In this document: one piece after another, positions 38,759 through 44,353 of the stretch
Position numbering within the stretch: the first letter of the stretch is position 1
Layout of the letters: the number at the start of each line of letters is the position of its first letter
NCBI GenBank assembly: GCA_036396875.1
Contig: DASWJZ010000075.1
Coordinates: 1-44,353, forward strand
Length of the DNA stretch: 44,353 nucleotides
Source: Propylenella sp.
GTDB taxonomy: Bacteria; Pseudomonadota; Alphaproteobacteria; Rhizobiales; Afifellaceae
Direction: 5' to 3'
Notes under the pieces: model-generated
What the model was told of the DNA's origin: nothing
The model's input: only the letters and a program-made list of their open reading frames with translations
Database searches by the model: none
Program-made: the position numbers and the translations under genes

Positions 38759-38844
38759 TGGTGCGGGCGGAGGGACTTGAACCCCCACGGGCTTCGCCCA
38801 CAGGAACCTAAATCCTGCGTGTCTACCAATTCCACCACGCCCGC
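38759..38844 (-). tRNA. tRNA-Leu (anticodon UAG)
   Basis: 86 nt, a class II tRNA with a long variable arm: GCGGGCG...CAGGA TTTAGGT TCCTG TGGGCGAAGCCCGT GGGGG TTCAAGT CCCTC CGCCCGC A CCA. Confidence 0.93.
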
Positions 38845-38912
38845 ACGGATCCGCTCGGCCCAGGCACCCGCGTCGGAGACGCGCTCCTAAAGCATGCCGT
38901 CAATACGAGCAA

Positions 38913-38930
38913 GGCTTTCGCGCGAAAGCC
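38913..38930 (-). terminator. perfect 18-nt palindrome, possible terminator downstream of nnr
   Basis: GGCTTTCGCGCGAAAGCC. In the minus orientation it is followed by TTGCTCGTATTG (a weak U tract). It lies 132 nt after the nnr stop. Confidence 0.3.
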
Positions 38931-39062
38931 GCGGTACGACCGGGGTTTAGATAGAGTGTCGGCCCAACTACGCCAAGGCCGATGGCGCGATGCAGCCGAC
39001 AATCGCCAAAGCCATCTCGCTCGCTTCCCGGTTCACCGCCCGCACGTCGGGAACAAGCCGGG

Positions 39063-40541
39063 CTAAGGGCCCTGCATATCGATTTGCCGAAGGATCTTCG
39101 GCACAGCGGCGGGCAGATCCTCGGCAATGAGGCCGCGGCCGATTTGGCGACCAGCCTCGGCGTGAACCCAGACCGCGGCGCAGGCGGCCTCGAAGCCGGG
39201 CATCCCCTGCGCGAGGTGACCTGCGACCATTCCCGACAGGACATCTCCGCTGCCGGCGGTGGCAAGATCGGGCGTGGCGTTTGAATTGATGGCGGCGCGG
39301 CCGTCGGGAGCCGCGATGACCGTGTCGCCGCCCTTGAGGACGATGGTCGCACCGCTCTCTTTCGCTGCCCTTCTCGCCCGGTCCAGCCTCGGACCGTCGA
39401 ACCGGAAGAGCCGGGCGAACTCGCCCTCGTGCGGCGTCATCACGACGGGCCGCGAACCGCCCGCAACGCCTGTAAACAGCTCTGCCGACAAGTCCCGCCA
39501 GCTGGTCAGGGCATCGGCATCGAGCACGAGCGCGACGCCGCTCGCGAGCGCCGCCGCCACATTCGCACGCGTCCCTTCGCCGACGCCGTTTCCAGGTCCG
39601 AGCACCGCGGCCTTGCGGCCGCCGCCGCCTAGCAACCGGGCGAGGTCGTCCGGGGTGTCGCATCGGCGTACCATGATCGCGGTCAGGTGAGCGGCGTTGA
39701 CCGTCAAGGCGTCGGACGGCGAGGCAACCGTCACGGCGCCCGCGCCGATACGGAGGGCCCCGGCGGCGGCCAAGCGCGCCGCGCCGGTGGCGTCGGCCGG
39801 GCCCGACACGACGAAGACATGCCCGCGCGCGTATTTGTGGTCGGTGGGGTGCAGCCGTCTCAAATGGCTCAGCCACAAGGTCGGAAGGTTATGGAACGTC
39901 GATGGCCTGATCGTCTCGAGAACGGCGTCGGGGATGCCGATCTGCGCCAGCTCTGTCATGCCGGCATGGAGGCGCCCCGGAAAGAGGAGGTGGCCCGGCT
40001 TGAGGCGGAAGAAGGTGACGGTTGCATGCGCCCGTACGGCGGCGCCCAGCACCTCGCCCGAACGACCGTCGATGCCGCTCGGCAGATCGACCGCGAGGAT
40101 CGGCCGGCTGGCTGCATTCATCGCTTCGACTGCACGCAGAGCCTCGCCGGTGAGAGGGCGCGAGAGGCCTGCTCCGAAGAGCGCGTCGACGATCAGGGCG
40201 GCATCCAGACGGGCCCCCCGGCCGATCGTCTCCACGGGTCCGTCATAGGTCTGGGCGGCGCTCGCGGCATCGCCGGTCAGCCGATCGCGGTCGCCAAGGA
40301 GGAGGACGCGCGTCGCGCGTCCGCGGCGGCGCAGCTCAGAGGCGGCGACGAAGCCGTCCCCGCCATTGTTGCCGGGTCCTGCGACCACGACGATATCACC
40401 GTCGGATGCAAGGCGCAGGGCCGCCCGCGCCACCGCTTCGCCGGCCCGTTGCATAAGCGCGAAACCCGGGACGCCCGCCAGGATGGCGAGCCGATCGGCT
40501 TCGGCCATTTCCGTCGGGCAGAGCAGCTCTATGAAATCCAT
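39063..40541 (-). CDS. nnr: bifunctional NAD(P)H-hydrate epimerase / ADP-dependent dehydratase
   Basis: 492 aa with an N-terminal YjeF_N domain (VVVAGPGNNGGDGFVAA) and a C-terminal carbohydrate-kinase-like dehydratase domain (ATAGSGDVLSG). Confidence 0.9.
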   Translation of the reverse strand: MDFIELLCPTEMAEADRLAILAGVPGFALMQRAGEAVARAALRLASDGDIVVVAGPGNNGGDGFVAASELRRRGRATRVLLLGDRDRLTGDAASAAQTYDGPVETIGRGARLDAALIVDALFGAGLSRPLTGEALRAVEAMNAASRPILAVDLPSGIDGRSGEVLGAAVRAHATVTFFRLKPGHLLFPGRLHAGMTELAQIGIPDAVLETIRPSTFHNLPTLWLSHLRRLHPTDHKYARGHVFVVSGPADATGAARLAAAGALRIGAGAVTVASPSDALTVNAAHLTAIMVRRCDTPDDLARLLGGGGRKAAVLGPGNGVGEGTRANVAAALASGVALVLDADALTSWRDLSAELFTGVAGGSRPVVMTPHEGEFARLFRFDGPRLDRARRAAKESGATIVLKGGDTVIAAPDGRAAINSNATPDLATAGSGDVLSGMVAGHLAQGMPGFEAACAAVWVHAEAGRQIGRGLIAEDLPAAVPKILRQIDMQGP

Positions 40542-40586
40542 GCTGTCTACCGCCTAGGCAATTGCACAAGGGATAGGCAGATATAA

Positions 40587-41072
<486 letters not shown>

Positions 41073-41138
41073 CGCGCGCGCCGGCGCGCCGGCGGCGGCA
41101 TCCAACCCCAGTAATGATTTGTCAATGAAGAGGGCAAA

Positions 41139-42548
41139 ATGAGCAGTGCTTCCGAGGTCCTGAAGACGATCAAGGACAACGACATCAAGTATGTGGACCT
41201 GCGGTTCACCGATCCCAGGGGCAAGCTGCAGCACGTCACGATGGACGTGTCCGTCATCGACGAGGATGCCTTCGCCGATGGCGTCATGTTCGACGGATCC
41301 TCCATCGCAGGTTGGAAGGCGATCCATCAATCCGACATGACTCTCATGCTCGATCCCGACGCGGCAACGGTCGATCCCTTCTTCGCGCAGCCGACGCTCG
41401 CAATCTTCTGCGACATTCTCGATCCGGGTACCGGCGAGCCCTATAATCGCGACCCCCGCACAACGGCGAAGAAGGCGCTCGCCTATCTGCAGTCGACCGG
41501 TGTCGGCGACGCGGCCTATTTCGGGCCGGAGGCCGAGTTTTTCGTCTTTGACGACGTGCGCTTTTCCTCTGAGCCGTACAGCACCGGCTTTGAGATCGAC
41601 TCCGCCGAGCTGCCGACCAACACCGGGACGCAGTACGAGGGCGGCAATCTCGGCCACCGGCCGCGCACCAAGGGCGGCTATTTCCCCGTCCCGCCCATCG
41701 ATTCCGCGCAGGACATCCGCTCCGACATGCTGATGTACATGGCGCAGATGGGCGTGAAGGTGGAGAAGCATCACCATGAAGTCGGAGCCGCCCAGCACGA
41801 GCTCGGCATCAAGTTCGAGACGCTGGTCAAGAGCGCCGACAGCCTGCAAATTTACAAATACTGCATTCACCAGACGGCGCAGGCCTACGGGAAGACCGCA
41901 ACCTTCATGCCGAAGCCGATTTTCGGCGACAACGGCTCAGGAATGCATGTCCACCAGTCGATCTGGAAGGACGGGAAACCTGTTTTTGCCGGCAACCGCT
42001 ACGCCGACCTGTCGCAGGAGTGCCTCTACTACATCGGCGGCATCCTGAAGCACGCCAAGGCGATCAATGCCTTCACCAACCCCACGACGAACTCCTACAA
42101 GCGGCTGGTGCCGGGCTACGAGGCGCCGGTTCTCCTCGCCTATTCCGCCCGCAACCGCTCGGCTTCGTGCCGGATACCGATCACCAGCTCGCCGAAAGGA
42201 AAACGCGTGGAGGTGCGTTTCCCGGATCCGGCCGCGAACCCCTATCTCGGATTCACCGCCATGCTCATGGCCGGCCTCGACGGCATCAAGAACAAGATCA
42301 ATCCGGGCGACCCGATGGACAAGGATCTCTACGACCTGCCGCCGGAGGAGCTGAAGGATATCCCGACCGTCAGCGGATCGCTGCGCCAGGCGCTCGGCGA
42401 GCTCGATGCCGACCGCGACTTCCTGCGAGCGGGCGGTGTGTTCGACGATGATCAGATCGACGCCTATGTCGCCCTGAAGTGGGAAGAGAACATGCGCTAC
42501 GAAATGGCGCCGCATCCAGTTGAATTCGACATGTATTACTCCGTCTAG
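41139..42548 (+). CDS. glnA: glutamine synthetase type I
   Basis: 469 aa with GS-I motifs and the adenylylation-site context [17 protein letters not shown] Shine-Dalgarno. Confidence 0.97.
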   Translation: MSSASEVLKTIKDNDIKYVDLRFTDPRGKLQHVTMDVSVIDEDAFADGVMFDGSSIAGWKAIHQSDMTLMLDPDAATVDPFFAQPTLAIFCDILDPGTGEPYNRDPRTTAKKALAYLQSTGVGDAAYFGPEAEFFVFDDVRFSSEPYSTGFEIDSAELPTNTGTQYEGGNLGHRPRTKGGYFPVPPIDSAQDIRSDMLMYMAQMGVKVEKHHHEVGAAQHELGIKFETLVKSADSLQIYKYCIHQTAQAYGKTATFMPKPIFGDNGSGMHVHQSIWKDGKPVFAGNRYADLSQECLYYIGGILKHAKAINAFTNPTTNSYKRLVPGYEAPVLLAYSARNRSASCRIPITSSPKGKRVEVRFPDPAANPYLGFTAMLMAGLDGIKNKINPGDPMDKDLYDLPPEELKDIPTVSGSLRQALGELDADRDFLRAGGVFDDDQIDAYVALKWEENMRYEMAPHPVEFDMYYSV

Positions 42549-42605
42549 AGCCAGGCTCCGCATGGCGCCGCGTACATCCCCGGCGTCTGCCTAGCAGACA
42601 GAAAG

Positions 42606-42638
42606 CCACCCCATCCGTGCGACGGGGTGGTTCTTTGG
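42606..42638 (+). terminator. probable terminator after glnA
   Basis: CCACCCC, an 11-nt loop, then GGGGTGG, followed by TTCTTTGG. It sits between the convergent glnA and the YRPY-repeat gene. Confidence 0.55.
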
Positions 42639-42657
42639 ACTCTCGCGCGATGGCGCT

Positions 42658-42987
42658 TTAGAACCTGAACTGGAACGACAGCCCGGGATGCCCGTAGAAG
42701 TAGGGGTACGGATAGGAGTAGTAAGGCCGATAAGGCCGATACGGCCGATAGGCGTAGGGATAGTAATAGTACGGCCGGTACGACCGATGCCTGTAGGGCC
42801 GGTAGTAGCGATGCCGGGGTCTCCATCGACGGTCATGCACCAGCTGGATTCCAGCCGCCACATCGGCGCCGTCGAAGAGCACAGCGGTCGCCGGACGGAG
42901 CGGAGCAGCTTCTGCCGGCGCTGAGAAAGCTGCCAAGGTACCGGCAATCATTACCGCCGCACCGAGCGAAAAGATTTGCGAGCGCAT
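42658..42987 (-). CDS. hypothetical secreted Tyr/Arg/Pro-repeat protein
   Basis: 109 aa with a strong GGAGG Shine-Dalgarno and signal peptide MRSQIFSLGAAVMIAGTLAAFSAPAEA. The C-terminal half reads RRWRPRHRYYRPYRHRSYRPYYYYPYAYRPYRPYRPYYSYPYPYFYGHPGLSFQFRF. Confidence 0.6.
   Translation of the reverse strand: MRSQIFSLGAAVMIAGTLAAFSAPAEAAPLRPATAVLFDGADVAAGIQLVHDRRWRPRHRYYRPYRHRSYRPYYYYPYAYRPYRPYRPYYSYPYPYFYGHPGLSFQFRF
42724..42750. repeat. three in-frame tandem 9-bp repeats inside the YRPY gene
   Basis: Plus strand reads AGGCCGATA AGGCCGATA CGGCCGATA, encoding (YRP)x3 on the minus strand. Confidence 0.9.
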
Positions 42988-43052
42988 GATGCACCTCCTC
43001 TCACTGCGTCGAATTTAAACGTTCGGCCGGAGAAATTCGTCGCCGCTCGCAA

Positions 43053-44018
43053 TCACACTTTCGCGACTTGGCCCGAAGCAGCTTGACGCAGCATGTCTGC
43101 GACCTCCGCGCGCCTCGGCGGATCGGCGCCGACGCGGCTGCAGGTGATGGCGGCGACTGCGAGCACGAAATCGAGGATGTCGCCCAAATCCCGATCCGTG
43201 AGCTGATCGAGCCGGGCAACCTCCAGCGCGTCCCTATCGTGCAGCGCAGCCAGAAGCCCGCCCATCGTGGAATCGCCGGCGCCAACCGTATCGGCGACCT
43301 TGATCGGCATGGCGGGTCGCGAGACCGATCCCCGCCGCGTGAAGATGGTGGCGCCGGCGACGCCGCGCGTCAAAAGCACCAGCCGCGCCGCGGCGGCGAG
43401 CCACTCTGCCGCCAGCCCGGCTGGGGGCCTGCCGGGCGCAATCCAGTCCAGATCGGCGCCGCTGGTCTTGATCACGTGCGCTTTGCCGAGGAATTTTTGC
43501 AAGCGCCGGCGATAGTCTGCCTCGTCGTCCACCAGCCCGGCCCGGATGTTCGGGTCGAAGCTCACGATCCGCCGACCCGCCTCGCGCTCCATCAGCGCCT
43601 CGAAGGACTGGGCGGCCGGCATCCGGCTGAGCGACAGCGAGCCGAAATGCAGCGCCTTCACCTCCGGCCCGAGCGCCGGCATGTCCGCCAGCCGCCAGTT
43701 CCGCGGCGCCGCTTCCGCATCATAGAAGGCGTAGCGCGGCTCCTCCCCCTCCAGGTTGACGAAGGCGAGCATGGTCGGCCGGTCGAGCCGCGACACATGG
43801 GCCGTCGAGACGCCGTTCCGTTCCAGCGTCGCCACGATCTCCTCGCCGAAGAAATCGGTCGACAACCCGCCGACGAAGCCGACCGGCACGTCAAGCCGCG
43901 CGAGCGTGACCGCCACGTTCCCGGGCGATCCGCCGACCGCCGGCCGGTAGCAGAGCGAACCGTCGCGCGCCGCCGTCGGGATGAAGTCGATCAGCATCTC
44001 GCCGTGGCAGAGGATCAT
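43053..44018 (-). CDS. PfkB-family carbohydrate kinase (fructokinase-like)
   Basis: 321 aa from the internal ATG (MILCHGEMLIDFIP...GGSPGNVAV...), with the C-terminal DTVGAGDS motif. The track ORF carries 33 extra upstream codons. Confidence 0.85.
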   Translation of the reverse strand: MILCHGEMLIDFIPTAARDGSLCYRPAVGGSPGNVAVTLARLDVPVGFVGGLSTDFFGEEIVATLERNGVSTAHVSRLDRPTMLAFVNLEGEEPRYAFYDAEAAPRNWRLADMPALGPEVKALHFGSLSLSRMPAAQSFEALMEREAGRRIVSFDPNIRAGLVDDEADYRRRLQKFLGKAHVIKTSGADLDWIAPGRPPAGLAAEWLAAAARLVLLTRGVAGATIFTRRGSVSRPAMPIKVADTVGAGDSTMGGLLAALHDRDALEVARLDQLTDRDLGDILDFVLAVAAITCSRVGADPPRRAEVADMLRQAASGQVAKV

Positions 44019-44353
44019 CGGGCGCTTTCCCCCCCGCGCGCTTCTCCCAGCGCCGAGCGCGCTTTTCACTATGACGGCCCGCGGCGGCGGTCCACCGGTT
44101 TTGCCGGGCGCGGCCAAGCCGTGAATTCATAAGCACGTTGAACGATGGCTGACGAGAGTCCGCTTTGGAGCAATCTCCGGAAGTCGTTCAGGGTCTTCGG
44201 CGCTTCCGGAAAGCGCCAAAGAACGAACCCGCTCGCGCGGGAGGGGTGCGAGTTTCGAGGCTGGCGCGTACACGGCATCGATGAGGGTGTGAACGGTCAG
44301 GGGTGACGGTCTGGCATCTGCTCGCGAGCATGAAGGGTCGACCTTCTGTTCGA

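Noticed and set aside
44127-44353. A minus-strand frame open from the window end to a TGA at 44127-44129 (…TLIDAVYAPASKLAPLPRERVRSLALSGSAEDPERLPEIAPKRTLVSHRSTCL), possibly the C-terminus of a regulator. The 69-aa ORF at 44069..44278 was also considered.
   Set aside because: By hand count only about 43/75 codons end in G/C, far below real genes here. There are no recognisable motifs, and the two candidate frames overlap each other. The region was left unannotated as probable intergenic or regulatory DNA.

Overview
High-GC alphaproteobacterial chromosomal core segment with Rhizobiales/Hyphomicrobiales-like gene order, almost all transcribed on the minus strand. From right to left on the minus strand: a PfkB sugar kinase; a Tyr/Arg/Pro-repeat secreted protein; glnB-glnA (plus strand); nnr; tRNA-Leu(UAG); tig-clpP-clpX-lon-hupB; and tRNA-Val(UAC). 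Next comes a small tRNA-bounded plus-strand islet with a hypothetical secreted protein and an ICMT-like methyltransferase. Then follow tRNA-Asp(GUC); a PQQ-type sugar dehydrogenase; the complete complex I operon nuoA-N, running straight into birA and RNase J; a plus-strand SAM methyltransferase; mce-DUF1467; proS; lolCE-lolD; dnaE; and the first 48 codons of rpsB. I found no CRISPR array, transposase, integrase, reverse transcriptase or recognisable defence system.

The unusual part is the nuo operon, which carries intercistronic inserts:
- A four-helix-bundle (23S rRNA intervening-sequence family) gene sits between nuoC and nuoD, bracketed by 30-nt inverted repeats built from tandem heptamers. 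The architecture resembles an rRNA IVS placed inside an mRNA.
- An 83-aa coiled-coil ORF sits between nuoB and nuoC, flanked by a 25-bp duplication of the nuoB 3' end.
- A translationally coupled 71-aa two-helix membrane ORF sits between nuoH and nuoI.
- A weaker 66-69-aa ORF lies between nuoF and nuoG.

Other points worth a second look:
- an orphan plus-strand terminator with a structured upstream region (candidate sRNA) between proS and the DUF1467 gene;
- a His-rich acidic tail on trigger factor;
- lineage-type extensions in NuoE and NuoL;
- a secreted YRPY-repeat protein with in-frame 9-bp tandem repeats.

Many long ORFs in the track are in-register antisense or alternative-frame artefacts of high GC content and were rejected. 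All non-ORF coordinates were anchored to ORF-track boundaries by hand. No database search was possible.
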